Shown here one piece after another: positions 53,617 through 63,821 of a stretch of DNA of 64,000 bases. A model generated the notes under the pieces. The model was not told the origin of the DNA, ran no database searches, and worked only from the letters and a program-made list of their open reading frames with translations. Position numbers and translations under genes: made by a program. Numbering within the stretch: position 1 is the stretch's first letter; every line of letters starts with the position of its first letter. This stretch comes from an uncultured Gemmatimonadales bacterium (GTDB lineage: Bacteria; Gemmatimonadota; Gemmatimonadetes; Longimicrobiales; RSA9). Location: NCBI GenBank assembly GCA_963798845.1, contig CAWCUS010000004.1:1-64000 (forward strand), given 5' to 3'.

Positions 53617-54972
53617 TCAGACGAACTGCGCTGCTTCCGTAGACCCGGCCATGGCGCCGGTGCTCGCCTCTCCGTGCGAGAGCGTCTCCAGCACCAGGTC
53701 GAAGTAGTTGGCGCCCACCTCGCGCTGGTGCTTCGCTGCCGTGTAGCCGTGTTCCTCGAGGTGGAATTCCCGCTCCTGGACCTGCACGTACGCGCGCATC
53801 TCGTGCGCATCGTACTCCCGCGCCAGCTCGAAGGCGCCCAGGTTGATCAGGTGCCACCCGGCCAGCGTGATGAACTGGTAGCGGTAGCCCATGGCGCCCA
53901 GCTCCGTCTGGAAGCGGGCGATATCCTCGTCACTCAGGTTCCGCTTCCAGTTGAACGAGGGAGAGCAGTTGTAGGCGAGCGGCTTGTCGGGATACTCCTC
54001 GTGCACGGCGTCGGCGAAGCGCTGCGCTTCCTGCAGGTCCGGCGTCTTCGTCTCGCACCAGAGCACGTCCGCGTACGGCGCGTACGCCTTGGCCCGCGCG
54101 ATGGCCGACTCCAGCCCGGGACGCACGCGGAAGTAGCCCTCGGCGGTCCGCTCGCCCGTGAGAAACTCGCGGTCCCGCTCGTCCACATCGCTCGTGAGCA
54201 GCGTGGCAGCCTCCGCATCCGTCCGCGCGAAGATCACGGTGGGCACGTCGAGCACGTCGGAGGCCAGCCGCGCAGCGCTCAGGACCCGCTCGAACTGCGA
54301 CGTGGGCACCAGCACCTTCCCGCCCATGTGGCCGCACTTCTTTTCCGCCGCCAGCTGGTCCTCGAAATGGATTCCGGAAGCGCCTGCCTCGGTGTAGCTC
54401 TTCGCCAGCTCGTACGCGTGCAGCGGGCCTCCGAAGCCGGCCTCCGCATCGGCGACGATCGGCGCCATCCACTGCGTCCGGACCTGGCCCCCGCTCTCGC
54501 TCCACTCGATCTGGTCCGCACGTTTCAACGCGTTGTTGATGCGTCGCACGAGCGTGGGGCCGCTGTTGCTGGGATACAGGCTCTGGTCCGGGTACGTCTG
54601 GAGCGACAGGTTCATGTCGCCCGCCACCTGCCACCCGCTCAGGTAGATGGACTTGAGCCCCGCGCGCACCATCTGCACCGCCTGGTTGCCGGTGACCGCG
54701 CCGAATGTGCGGATCGGCTCGTCCGCACCCGCGATCAGCTCCCACAGCCGCTCCGAGCCCAGCCTCGCCACCGTCTGGTCCTCCCGCACCGATCCCCGGA
54801 GCCGCACCACGTCGGCCGCCCCGTACGGCCGCTGGATCCCCGCGTACCGGGACCCGGACCACCGCCGCTCCAGCTGCTCCACCTGCTCGGCGAAGCGGGT
54901 CTTCGCCCGGTCTTCCGACTCGGGGATGGTGGGCTCCGGCCTTCCGTCTCCCCAGCTGCTCCGGTTTCGCAT
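53617..54972 (-). CDS. aceA: Isocitrate lyase
   Basis: [35 protein letters not shown] and YNCSPSFNW motifs. Confidence 0.97.
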   Translation of the reverse strand: MRNRSSWGDGRPEPTIPESEDRAKTRFAEQVEQLERRWSGSRYAGIQRPYGAADVVRLRGSVREDQTVARLGSERLWELIAGADEPIRTFGAVTGNQAVQMVRAGLKSIYLSGWQVAGDMNLSLQTYPDQSLYPSNSGPTLVRRINNALKRADQIEWSESGGQVRTQWMAPIVADAEAGFGGPLHAYELAKSYTEAGASGIHFEDQLAAEKKCGHMGGKVLVPTSQFERVLSAARLASDVLDVPTVIFARTDAEAATLLTSDVDERDREFLTGERTAEGYFRVRPGLESAIARAKAYAPYADVLWCETKTPDLQEAQRFADAVHEEYPDKPLAYNCSPSFNWKRNLSDEDIARFQTELGAMGYRYQFITLAGWHLINLGAFELAREYDAHEMRAYVQVQEREFHLEEHGYTAAKHQREVGANYFDLVLETLSHGEASTGAMAGSTEAAQFV

Positions 54973-54988
54973 CTCGCTTTGCTCTCCT

Positions 54989-56578
54989 TCAGTCGAGTCG
55001 CTCGTAGCCGGGCAGCGTCAGGAACCCGGTGAATTCGTCGTCCAGGACCAGGGAGTCCAGCAGCTCGGCGGCCTGGCCGAGCTGTCCGCCGTCCCGTCCC
55101 GCGTCGCGCAGCTTCGACAGCTCGTCCTTGCGCACTTCGTCGTACAGCGCGGGCGTCATCCGGCTCCCGTCCGCCAGCTCTGCGCCGTTGTGGAGCCACT
55201 GCCAGAGCTGGGAGCGCGAGATCTCGGCCGTCGCCGCGTCCTCCATCAGGTTGTTGATCGCGGCCGCGCCCCACCCGCCCAGCCACGCGTCCATGTACTG
55301 CAGGGCGACGCTCACGTTCTGCCGGATGCCGCCAGGTGTGATCTCCCCCGGCGTCTCCGGGATGGAGAGGAGGTCGTCCGCCCCCACGTGCACGTCCTCC
55401 CGGACCCGGTCCTTCTGGTTCGCGCGAGCCCCGAGGACCTCCTCGAACGCTTCCCGCGCCACCGGCTCCAGTCCCGGGTGCGCGATCCACGTGCCGTCGA
55501 AGCCATCCCGGCTCTCACGCACCTTGTCCGCCCGGACCTCTTCGAACGCGCGCCTGTTGACGTCCTCATCGCGGCTCGGAATGAATGCCGCCATCCCCCC
55601 CATCGCGTGCGCCCCCCGACGGTGGCACGTGCGCACCAGGAGGTCCGTGTACGCGCGCATGAACGGCACGGTCATCGTGACCTGCCCCCGGTCGGGGAGC
55701 ACGAATTCGCCGCGATCGCGGAACTTCTTGATCGCGCTGAAGATGTAATCCCAGCGGCCGGCGTTGAGGCCCGCCATGTGCTCGCGCAGCTCGTGCAGGA
55801 TCTCGTCCATCTCGAACGCCGCCAGGATGTTCTCGATCAGCACGGTCGCGCGGATCGAGCCGCGAGGGATCTCCAGCCGCTCCTGGGCGAAGACGAAGAC
55901 GTCGTTCCACAGGCGGGCCTCCAGGTGGCTCTCCAGCTTCGGCAGGTAGAAGTACGGCCCCGATCCCCGTTCCAGCAGCTCCGCCGCGTTGTGGAAGAAG
56001 TAGAGCCCGAAGTCGAACAGGCTCGCCGAGATCGGCGCCCCGTCCACTTCCACGTGCTTTTCCACCAGGTGCCAGCCGCGAGGGCGCACCAGCAGCGTGG
56101 CCACCTGGTCGTTCAGCTCGTAGCGCTTTCCGTCCGGGTTCTCGAACTCGATGGTCCTCCGCACGGCGTCCCGGCAGTTCGCCTGGCCGGCCACCACGTT
56201 GGCCCACGTCGGGCTGAGCGCGTCCTCGAAGTCCGCCATGAACACGTCCGCCCCGGAGTTGAGGGCGTTGATCATCATCTTTCGGTCCACCGGGCCGGTG
56301 ATCTCCACAACCCGCTTCTCCAGGTCGGGCGGCGCCTCCGCCACCCGCCAATCCGTCTCCCGGACTCCAACCGTCTCCTCCAGGAATCCGGGCATCTCTC
56401 CCGCCCGGATGCGCTCCTGCCTCGCGGCGCGCCGCTTCAACAGGCTGCGCCTCCGATCGTCGAAGCGCGTGTGCATCTCCGCCAGGAACTCCAGCGCGGC
56501 GGGCGTGAGCACACGCTCCGCCTCCGGATGCGCCGCGCCCCGGATCCGGACGCGGTCCCCGGTCGTGGCCTGGGCCAT
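54989..56578 (-). CDS. aceB: Malate synthase A
   Basis: [37 protein letters not shown] and [13 protein letters not shown] motifs. Confidence 0.97.
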   Translation of the reverse strand: MAQATTGDRVRIRGAAHPEAERVLTPAALEFLAEMHTRFDDRRRSLLKRRAARQERIRAGEMPGFLEETVGVRETDWRVAEAPPDLEKRVVEITGPVDRKMMINALNSGADVFMADFEDALSPTWANVVAGQANCRDAVRRTIEFENPDGKRYELNDQVATLLVRPRGWHLVEKHVEVDGAPISASLFDFGLYFFHNAAELLERGSGPYFYLPKLESHLEARLWNDVFVFAQERLEIPRGSIRATVLIENILAAFEMDEILHELREHMAGLNAGRWDYIFSAIKKFRDRGEFVLPDRGQVTMTVPFMRAYTDLLVRTCHRRGAHAMGGMAAFIPSRDEDVNRRAFEEVRADKVRESRDGFDGTWIAHPGLEPVAREAFEEVLGARANQKDRVREDVHVGADDLLSIPETPGEITPGGIRQNVSVALQYMDAWLGGWGAAAINNLMEDAATAEISRSQLWQWLHNGAELADGSRMTPALYDEVRKDELSKLRDAGRDGGQLGQAAELLDSLVLDDEFTGFLTLPGYERLD

Positions 56579-56699
56579 GGGTTCACTCCGTTGTGCCGTG
56601 GGGTGTCAGCCGATCGCCCTCACGAAGGATCGGCCGGGAACGGTCCAGGACGTGCGACGGTTCCCCGATTGTCCCGTGATGAGGTTGTCGCTCGGAGGC

Positions 56700-56715
56700 T
56701 GCACCGATTGTGCCA
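56700..56715 (-). promoter_or_regulatory. Sigma54-type promoter upstream of aceB
   Basis: - strand TGGCACAATCGGTGCA (GG-N10-GC), ~120 nt upstream of the ATG. Confidence 0.62.
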
Positions 56716-56783
56716 TGCCGGGGTATGGGTGGCGCAGTGACTCACCGCGGTGGTGCCGCTCCATCCGAACGAAGGGAGAAGGG

Positions 56784-57614
56784 ATGCATCTGAAGGGGTT
56801 CCAGAGCGCAGCCACGCCGCTGCTCCTGCTCGCGCTGGGCCTGCTCGACGCGTGTGCCCTCCCCACCCTGGGCCGGGCCCCGGACGCGAGACTGCCGTCG
56901 CACGAGCGTAGCGGCAGGTCCGGATCCGGGGTCGGAAGTCCGCTGCCGCCGCCGAGCGAGTCGCCCCCCGGTGCCGAAGGCGATTCGGCGGTCTGGGCCG
57001 CCGCACTGAAGGGACACGGTGAGCGGATCGTGGTCTCCCGGGAATCGAAGCGGCTGTGGCTGATGCGTGGCGACAGCGTGCTGTTCAGTGCCGAGGTTGC
57101 AGTGGGTCGCGACACGGTGTTCCACTACGGCGGTCGCGCGTACGACTTCAGCACGCCGACCGGGAAGCGAACGGTGCAGGCGAAGGAAGAGATGCCCGAA
57201 TGGGTCCCCCCGGACTGGCATTACTACGAGATCGCGGTGCAGCGCGACCTCGAGCCTGTCCACCTTTCGCCGGGTGAGAGCGTTCTCCTTTCGGACTCCA
57301 CGCGCATCGAGGTTCACGGGGTGGAAGTGGGCCGCGTCAACCGGTACGGTAACTGGTGGGCATTCACGCCTGGCTCGGAGATCGAGTTCGACGGCAAGAT
57401 CTTCATCCCGCCGCTGGGCTCACCGCAGCGGCAGATCCCGCGCATCCTGGGAACACGGAGGCTGATCCTGGGGAACGGGTACCTGATCCACGGGACGCCG
57501 GAAGTGGAGACCATCGGGACGGAGGCGAGCCACGGCTGCGTCCGACTGCGGAACCCGGACGTCGAGGAGTTGTACGGTCTGGTCGATGTGGGGACGCCGG
57601 TCTACATCTATTAG
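56784..57614 (+). CDS. L,D-transpeptidase (YkuD family) lipoprotein
   Basis: LDAC lipobox, RIVVS, TPTG, P.WVPP and YLIHGT...SHGCVRL motifs. Confidence 0.9.
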   Translation: MHLKGFQSAATPLLLLALGLLDACALPTLGRAPDARLPSHERSGRSGSGVGSPLPPPSESPPGAEGDSAVWAAALKGHGERIVVSRESKRLWLMRGDSVLFSAEVAVGRDTVFHYGGRAYDFSTPTGKRTVQAKEEMPEWVPPDWHYYEIAVQRDLEPVHLSPGESVLLSDSTRIEVHGVEVGRVNRYGNWWAFTPGSEIEFDGKIFIPPLGSPQRQIPRILGTRRLILGNGYLIHGTPEVETIGTEASHGCVRLRNPDVEELYGLVDVGTPVYIY

Positions 57615-57642
57615 CGGGTAAGCCCAGGCAAGGAGGGGCGTC

Positions 57643-58569
57643 ATGATCATCGGCAGATCCGGAGGCATCCCGTCTTCGGAGATCACGTCGGAGTCGGTGT
57701 ACGTCCGGCGGCGCGAGTTCATCGACACGGGCGTGAGGACGCTGGCTGCGGCGGCGATCGCGCCGTCGGCGGTGCTGGCAGCGTGCGAGCGCGCGAGCGG
57801 GGCCACGTCGAAGGAGGAGGAGCCCACGCCGTACGAGCTGATCACCACGTACAACAACTTCTACGAGTTCGGCCCCTCGAAGGACGACCCATCGAAGCTG
57901 GCGCACCTCTTCCACCCCAGGCCGTGGACGGTGAAGGTGGACGGACTGGTCGACAAGCCAGGCGACTACGCGCTGGAGGACTTCCTCGAGCCGTTCAATG
58001 TTGAGGACCGGGTGTACAGGCTGCGCTGCGTCGAGGCCTGGTCGATGGTGATCCCATGGCGAGGCATTCCGCTCAACACGGTCCTGAAGCGGGCCGGGCC
58101 GCGCCCGGGAGCCAGGTTCGTGGAGCTCACGACGGTGTACCGGCCATCCGAGCTGCCGGGGCAGCGCCGACCGGTGCTCGACTGGCCGTACGTGGAGGGG
58201 CTTCGCCTCGACGAAGCCATGCACCCCCTCACGCTTCTCGCCACTGGAATCTACGGCAAGGACCTGCCGAACCAGGACGGGGCCCCGCTCCGTCTGGTGG
58301 TGCCTTGGAAGTACGGCTTCAAGAGCATCAAGTCCATCGTGAGGATCCGGCTCGTGGAGGACATGCCGCTGAACACGTGGCATGCCATGCAGGCCAACGA
58401 GTACGGCTTCTACGCCAACGTCAACCCGAAGGTGGACCACCCGCGCTGGAGCCAGGCGAGGGAGCGGCGGATCGGTGAGCTGCGCAAGCGCCCAACCCTC
58501 CCGTTCAACGGTTACGCGGACCAGGTGGCCAGCCTGTACAGCGGGATGGACCTTCGTCGATGGTACTGA
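57643..58569 (+). CDS. msrP: Protein-methionine-sulfoxide reductase catalytic subunit MsrP
   Basis: SEIT, RRREF Tat motif, [38 protein letters not shown] and HPRWSQA. Confidence 0.95.
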   Translation: MIIGRSGGIPSSEITSESVYVRRREFIDTGVRTLAAAAIAPSAVLAACERASGATSKEEEPTPYELITTYNNFYEFGPSKDDPSKLAHLFHPRPWTVKVDGLVDKPGDYALEDFLEPFNVEDRVYRLRCVEAWSMVIPWRGIPLNTVLKRAGPRPGARFVELTTVYRPSELPGQRRPVLDWPYVEGLRLDEAMHPLTLLATGIYGKDLPNQDGAPLRLVVPWKYGFKSIKSIVRIRLVEDMPLNTWHAMQANEYGFYANVNPKVDHPRWSQARERRIGELRKRPTLPFNGYADQVASLYSGMDLRRWY

Positions 58570-58631
58570 GCCCGGGCCTGACGCTTCCGGGTCGGGATCG
58601 GACACGGAACGCCACGGACGCGCGCCGAATC

Positions 58632-59327
58632 GTGACGCCGCGCCGGCGCATCCTGTTGTCGAAGGCCCTCGTCTGGGCGCTCGGACTCTACCCTCTCGCG
58701 CGCGTGGGCTGGTGGCTGCGCCACGGCCTGATCGGACTCGGGGCGAACCCTGTCGAGAAGCTGCTGAACCACTTCGGCTGGTGGGCGCTTTCCCTCCTCC
58801 TGGTCACGCTCGCGGTGACGCCACTGCGCCGCGTCACGGGGTGGAACGAGCTGGTCAAGCTGCGGCGGCCCCTCGGGCTTTTCACGTTCTTTTACGCCAC
58901 GGTCCACCTCGGAGTGTACCTCGGGCTGGACCAGCTCTTCACCTGGAGCTTCATTGTCGAGGACGTCGCGAAGCGACCGTTCATCACCGTGGGCGCGGCC
59001 ACGTGGCTCCTCCTCCTCCCCCTCGCCCTGACCAGCACGCGCGGGTGGATCCGTCGCCTCGGACGGCGGTGGACCACGCTGCACCGCGCCATCTACCTTG
59101 CCGCGGGCCTCGGCGCCATCCACTTCTACTGGAGAGTGAAGGCCGACACGCGCGTGCCGTTGATCTTCGCCGCCGTCCTGGTGGCGCTCCTCGCGCTCCG
59201 GATGCGGTGGACGGCGAAGCGGCCGCGCAAGCGACACGGGAGTACGGATGCGCGCCATGGTGCTGGAGCGGGGCAGGGGGGAGCTGGGGCTCGAGAACCG
59301 GCCATCACCGCGTCCGGGGCCGGGTGA
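58632..59327 (+). CDS. msrQ: Heme-binding membrane subunit MsrQ
   Basis: NPVE, LAVTPLR, RRPLGL..FFYATVH, KRPFITVG, LALTS and W..LHR.IY motifs; the tail overlaps the next gene by 80 bp. Confidence 0.9.
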   Translation: MTPRRRILLSKALVWALGLYPLARVGWWLRHGLIGLGANPVEKLLNHFGWWALSLLLVTLAVTPLRRVTGWNELVKLRRPLGLFTFFYATVHLGVYLGLDQLFTWSFIVEDVAKRPFITVGAATWLLLLPLALTSTRGWIRRLGRRWTTLHRAIYLAAGLGAIHFYWRVKADTRVPLIFAAVLVALLALRMRWTAKRPRKRHGSTDARHGAGAGQGGAGAREPAITASGAG

Positions 59328-60264
59328 GCTGCGGCTGCGGGTGCGGGCGTGCGGCGTCTGTCGCACGGATCTCCACATCCTGGACGAGGAGCTGAGCGAC
59401 CCGCCGTATCCCATCGTGCCGGGGCACCAGGTGGTGGCGGAGGTCGTCGAGCTCGGGGAAGGGGTGACGTCGTTCCGGCTGGGGCAGAGGGTGGGCGTGC
59501 CCTGGCTCGGCTGGAGCTGCGGCGAGTGCGAGCATTGCAGGAACGGCGAGGAGAACCTGTGCGAGCGCGCCGAGTTCACCGGCTATCACCGGGCCGGCGG
59601 CTTTGCCAATGAGATGGTGGCCGACGCCCGCTACACGTTCCCGGTCCCCGCCGACCTCCCCGACATCCAGGCCGCGCCGCTCCTATGTGGCGGGCTGATC
59701 GGGTACCGGGCGTACCGGATCGCCGTCGAGACCGCGGGCCGCGTGGACCGCATCGGGCTCTACGGCTTCGGCGCCGCAGCCCACATCCTGGCTCAGGTGG
59801 CGGCCCACCAGGGGCGCGACGTGTTCGCGTTCACGCGCCCGGGAGACGACGACGGCCAGCGCTTCGCCCGCTCGATGGGCGCGGCGTGGGCGGGCGGCTC
59901 CGATGCGCTCCCGCCACATGCGCTGGACGCAGCCATCATTTTCGCCCCCGTCGGCTCGCTCGTGCCGGCGGCTCTGCGGGCGGTTCGGAGCGGAGGCGCG
60001 GTGGTGTGCGGCGGGATCCACATGAGCGACATCCCGTCATTCCCGTATCGCCTGCTCTGGGGTGAGCGAGTGCTGCGCTCCGTGGCGAACCTCACCCGGC
60101 GCGACGCCGAGGAGTTCCTGCCGCTGGCCGCCGCCGTGCCCGTGCGCACGCACGTGACCACGTATGGGTTGGAGGAGACAGGCCGTGCGCTCGAGGATCT
60201 CCGCAACGGCCGCTTCGACGGTGCGGCGGTGGTGGATGTAGCGGGAGGGTCGGACCCGGGCTAG
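59248..60264 (+). CDS. Zinc-dependent alcohol dehydrogenase family protein
   Basis: CGVCRTDLH, PGHQVV, CGECEHC...ENLC, APLLCGG and GLYGFGAAAH motifs. Confidence 0.92.
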   Translation: MRAMVLERGRGELGLENRPSPRPGPGELRLRVRACGVCRTDLHILDEELSDPPYPIVPGHQVVAEVVELGEGVTSFRLGQRVGVPWLGWSCGECEHCRNGEENLCERAEFTGYHRAGGFANEMVADARYTFPVPADLPDIQAAPLLCGGLIGYRAYRIAVETAGRVDRIGLYGFGAAAHILAQVAAHQGRDVFAFTRPGDDDGQRFARSMGAAWAGGSDALPPHALDAAIIFAPVGSLVPAALRAVRSGGAVVCGGIHMSDIPSFPYRLLWGERVLRSVANLTRRDAEEFLPLAAAVPVRTHVTTYGLEETGRALEDLRNGRFDGAAVVDVAGGSDPG

Positions 60265-60282
60265 CGACGTGGGGGGATGCGA

Positions 60283-60314
60283 AGGAGGGTCGGAGCCCCG
60301 GGCGCCGACCCTCC
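60283..60314. terminator. Imperfect hairpin between convergent genes
   Basis: ggagggtcgg...ccgaccctcc arms. Confidence 0.5.
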
Positions 60315-60358
60315 CTGCCACGCGTCGTCGCGGATAACGCTGTTGGGCTGTCCGTCCG

Positions 60359-60478
60359 TCAGTGGAGTGCCGAGATCACCGGGACCATCAGCGCCGTCAC
60401 GGTCCCGAGGCAGGCTACCACGGCGGCCGTCACGCCGGCTGCGATCTTGAGGACTTCGTTTCTCGTCATGGTCTTCAT
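60359..60478 (-). CDS. Single-TM microprotein (39 aa)
   Basis: MKTMTRNEVLKIAAGVTAAVVACLGTVTALMVPVISALH; purine-rich SD aaggaaagg; has its own ECF-type promoter. Confidence 0.6.
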   Translation of the reverse strand: MKTMTRNEVLKIAAGVTAAVVACLGTVTALMVPVISALH

Positions 60479-60533
60479 CCCATACCTTTCCTTTCGGCAG
60501 GGCTCGGGTCTCTCGTCGTCGTCCGGGGCACCG

Positions 60534-60560
60534 TACGGGGGAGATCCCCCGCGTGTTTCA
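60534..60560 (-). promoter_or_regulatory. ECF-type promoter TGAAAC-N17-CGTA
   Basis: Reverse complement of gtttca (60555-60560) and tacg (60534-60537). Confidence 0.6.
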
Positions 60561-60629
60561 AGCTTCTGTCCCGTTGGATGGAGCGAGTCCGGAAAAGGTT
60601 GCGACGGGGCGCGCAGGCTCGGGGGCCCG

Positions 60630-60656
60630 TGAAACTCGCCCCCGCGGGTCGCCGTA
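60630..60656 (+). promoter_or_regulatory. ECF-type promoter TGAAAC-N17-CGTA
   Basis: tgaaac at 60630-60635 and cgta at 60653-60656; 35 nt upstream of ATG 60692. Confidence 0.6.
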
Positions 60657-60691
60657 ATGGGTTCCAGCAACCCGAGCCACGAGGACGTACC

Positions 60692-60967
60692 ATGGAAGAG
60701 ATGATCCCGATCGTCATGTTCCTGTGCATCGCGGGCGTGATGATCTTCCGACCGATGACGAAGCGCCTGGGGCTGCTGCTCGAAGCGCTCGCGAAGGAGC
60801 GGGTGAGCGGGGCGCAGCCGGCGCCGCGGCAACTCGACGATGCCCAGATGGAACGCATCGCCACCGCGCTGGATCGCCTCAACACGCGCATGGATCTCAT
60901 GGACGAGCGCATCGGCTTCATGGAGCGGCTGGTGGAGAGCCGGCCGCGGCAGCGGCTCACCGGGTGA
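60692..60967 (+). CDS. Small N-terminally anchored coiled-coil protein (PspB-like architecture)
   Basis: SD gagga, TM IPIVMFLCIAGVMIF, coiled coil ending MDERIGFMERLV. Confidence 0.75.
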   Translation: MEEMIPIVMFLCIAGVMIFRPMTKRLGLLLEALAKERVSGAQPAPRQLDDAQMERIATALDRLNTRMDLMDERIGFMERLVESRPRQRLTG

Positions 60968-60970
60968 GCC

Positions 60971-61711
60971 GTGTGCGGGCGATTCTCCCTCGGCGCCGAC
61001 ACGGACCGGCTCGTCGCCGAGTTCGGGCTCGGCGCCGTATCGATGGAGCACCGCCCCCGCTTCAACATCGCACCCGGACAGCAGGTGGCCGCGGTCGTGC
61101 TCGGCGACGAGGGACTGCGGCTCGGCACGCTCCAGTGGGGGCTGGTGCCGGCACGGGTGTCGGGGCGGTCGCCGGTCCGTCCCCTCATCAACGCGAGAGC
61201 CGAGACGGCCGCGACGAAGCCGGCTTTCCGCAGCGCCTTCCGCCGTCGCCGCTGCTGGATCCTCGCGGACGGCTTCTACGAGTGGCGACGCGGACCCGGA
61301 GGCCGTAAGGTCCCCTTCCACTTCAGCCTGCCCGACGGCGCTCCCTTCGCCATGGCCGGGCTGTGGGAGCGGGCCGGGACGCCCGATGGCGATCTCCTGA
61401 CGTGCACCATCCTGACGACCGAGGCGAACGACGTCGTGCGCCCCGTCCACGATCGAATGCCGGTGCTGCTCGGCCCCGGTGATCGCGCGCACTGGCTTCC
61501 CCCGGATTCAGACCCCCACGTGCTTGGCGCGCTCCTGCGCCCCTGGGACGCGGACCTCGTCCGGCGCCAGGTCTCCGACCGCGTGAACTCCACCCGCAAC
61601 GACGACCCCGCCTGCACCACCCCCGTGACCCCGGACCTCCCTCTCCCCCCGGATCCTCCCGGCGGTCCCGCACCCGCCCCAGGTGAAACAAAGCCCGACA
61701 CGCTCGTGTAG
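60971..61711 (+). CDS. SOS-response-associated peptidase (SRAP/YedK/HMCES family, abasic-site processing)
   Basis: N-terminal MCGRF; FNIAP, INARAET, DGFYEW and HDRMPV motifs. Confidence 0.93.
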   Translation: MCGRFSLGADTDRLVAEFGLGAVSMEHRPRFNIAPGQQVAAVVLGDEGLRLGTLQWGLVPARVSGRSPVRPLINARAETAATKPAFRSAFRRRRCWILADGFYEWRRGPGGRKVPFHFSLPDGAPFAMAGLWERAGTPDGDLLTCTILTTEANDVVRPVHDRMPVLLGPGDRAHWLPPDSDPHVLGALLRPWDADLVRRQVSDRVNSTRNDDPACTTPVTPDLPLPPDPPGGPAPAPGETKPDTLV

Positions 61712-61852
61712 CTGCGAGCGGTGAGAGCCGGCCTCGCGGCCTGCTGTTTGCCGGATGCTTCTTTCAGGGAGGCGTGCGGCCGACGACGGATCGGCTGGAG
61801 GGGGACCGGTGGCACCCGGGGAGAGCTTCGGCAGCCCGGGTGTAACGAATGC

Positions 61853-61881
61853 TTGCACGGGAGGGTACGGCGTCCTAGAAT
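61853..61881 (+). promoter_or_regulatory. Sigma70 promoter upstream of the TPR gene
   Basis: TTGCAC-N17-TAGAAT; a second, extended -10 TGgTATACT lies at 61989-61997. Confidence 0.55.
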
Positions 61882-62019
61882 GCCGGTTTACCTCAGCAGG
61901 ACCTTCCGACGCCAAGCGTCGCACGAACCTTCCGTTTGACTGCGGGGGTACGATACGTGGAGGCGGCACCGGAGCGGCCCGTGTCGCGTGGTATACTTCC
62001 AGAGCGGAGACCCTGGAAA

Positions 62020-63759
62020 ATGAAGCGATTGATCGAATCGAAGGTATGGCTCGCAGCGCTCTTGCCGGTGCTTGCCATGGGCGCGCTCTCCAGCCGGGCC
62101 GCGGCCCAGTCGGAGGCGGGAGAGCGAATCACCATCATGGTGCCGAACCTGGCCCCGCAGAACGGGGCGGACAAGAAGTTCGGCGAGAAGGTCGCGGACG
62201 AGCTCCGTGACAAGATCGGCGAGCTGCACACGCACCAGACAGTGAGCTCGAAGGACATCAAGAACGCCCGCAAGAAGTACGACCTCCAGGACGAGGACCT
62301 GTACAACTGCATCAAGGCGCGGCAGCTGGCGATGCAGGAGAGCTGGGGCCTGGTGCTATGCGGCTCCTATGCCCCGGCGGCGAACGGGCAGGTGCAGGTC
62401 AGCGCCCAGTTCGTGGGGGCGACCAACGGCGAGACGTTCGACGTGCCCGCCTTCTCCGTGAGCGACCGCGAGCCGAAGCAGGCGGCGCAGCAGATCCTCC
62501 AGACCTTCGACCAGTGGCAGACGCAGCTCCGCCACACGGTGTTCTGTCAGCAGTACATGGACAGCCAGAACTGGGATTCGGCGCTGGAGAACTGCAACAA
62601 GGCGCTGGCGATCAATCCGAACTCCCAGAGCGCGCTCTACAAGAAGGGCTACATCCTGTGGAAGCAGGGGAGCCGTGAGGAAGCGCTCGAGGCGCTCAAG
62701 AAGGACCTCGAACTGGATCCGATCAACCAGGACGCGCTGAAGCTGGCCGGCATCGTAGCCACGGAGATGGGCAACCAGCAGGAAGCCCGCGGCTACTTCG
62801 ATCGGTACATGGAGCTGAACCCGGGTGACATCCAGGTTCGCCTCAGCATCGCCACGGACATCGCCAACGCAGGCGACTACGAGACGGCGCTGCACTACGC
62901 CGAGCAGGGGCTGCAGACCGACACGACCGACAACCTGACGCTGGTCACGTACATCGGGCACTTCGCCGCCAACGCCGCGGCCCAGGCCGAGCAGGGGGAG
63001 AGCCCCGACAGCGCGAAGATCGAAGGCTTCTATCGCACCGCGGCCAACGCCTACGAGAAGGTGTTCGATCAGCAGGGTGCGGAGACGGATTCCCTCGTGC
63101 TCGAGCGGCTGATCATCGCGAAGTACAAGCTCGGCCAGACCGACGAAGCCATCGCGCTCGGCAAGCGCGCCACCGTGGCGGCTCCCGACAATGCGCGCAT
63201 CTGGGACGCGTACTCCCGCGCCCTCGAGGATGCGGGCAAGACCGACGAAGCGCTCGCCGCGATCAACAAGGCCGAGCAGATCGAGGGGGCGTCCGCCACC
63301 TACACCCAGCGCAAGGCCATGCTCTGGCTGAGGGCCGGCAAGTCGGACCGGGCCGTCACCGCGCTCCAGTCGGCCGTGCAGAGCGGGGACATCAAGCCGG
63401 AAGACGCCTTCCGGATGATCTTCGCCAATGCCTATACGCAGAAGTTCCAGAAGGGGCAGCTGGACGCCGCCTACTCCCTCCTCGACGCCGCGGGGCCTCT
63501 GGCCCAGACCGAAGAGGACAAGCTCACCCGCAACTTCTGGAGGGGCTACATCCTCTACCAGCAGGGGCAGGAGGTGGGCAAGCCAATGAACGCGCAGGCG
63601 GCCAAGAAGGCGAAGCCGCTTTTCGAGCACGCGCTCCAGCTGTTCCAGGCGGCCCGCGGCTACGAGAAGATCCACGCATCGGCCGACGTGCCGAAGCTGA
63701 TCGATGCCACGCAGCGGTTCATCGAGATCCAGGACGCGCTCATCAAGCGCGGGAAGTAG
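62020..63759 (+). CDS. Exported tetratricopeptide repeat protein
   Basis: Signal peptide (AAAQ), an N-terminal alpha/beta domain and multiple TPRs (ALAINPN, LELDPIN, MELNPGD). Confidence 0.85.
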   Translation: MKRLIESKVWLAALLPVLAMGALSSRAAAQSEAGERITIMVPNLAPQNGADKKFGEKVADELRDKIGELHTHQTVSSKDIKNARKKYDLQDEDLYNCIKARQLAMQESWGLVLCGSYAPAANGQVQVSAQFVGATNGETFDVPAFSVSDREPKQAAQQILQTFDQWQTQLRHTVFCQQYMDSQNWDSALENCNKALAINPNSQSALYKKGYILWKQGSREEALEALKKDLELDPINQDALKLAGIVATEMGNQQEARGYFDRYMELNPGDIQVRLSIATDIANAGDYETALHYAEQGLQTDTTDNLTLVTYIGHFAANAAAQAEQGESPDSAKIEGFYRTAANAYEKVFDQQGAETDSLVLERLIIAKYKLGQTDEAIALGKRATVAAPDNARIWDAYSRALEDAGKTDEALAAINKAEQIEGASATYTQRKAMLWLRAGKSDRAVTALQSAVQSGDIKPEDAFRMIFANAYTQKFQKGQLDAAYSLLDAAGPLAQTEEDKLTRNFWRGYILYQQGQEVGKPMNAQAAKKAKPLFEHALQLFQAARGYEKIHASADVPKLIDATQRFIEIQDALIKRGK

Positions 63760-63783
63760 ATCGCCGGCGGGCCGCTCGAAGCG

Positions 63784-63814
63784 ACGCCGGCGGAGCTCCG
63801 AGCTCCGCCGGCGT
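63784..63814. terminator. Hairpin between convergent genes
   Basis: acgccggcggagct-ccg-agctccgccggcgt. Confidence 0.65.
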
Positions 63815-63821
63815 TCGTGCA

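Noticed and set aside
59248..59327. 80-bp msrQ/adh overlap, and the 50-bp ftsB/TolB-like convergent overlap at 18148-18198, as functional overlaps
   Set aside because: The overlapping tails are low-complexity read-through and are explained by a lost stop or an indel error.
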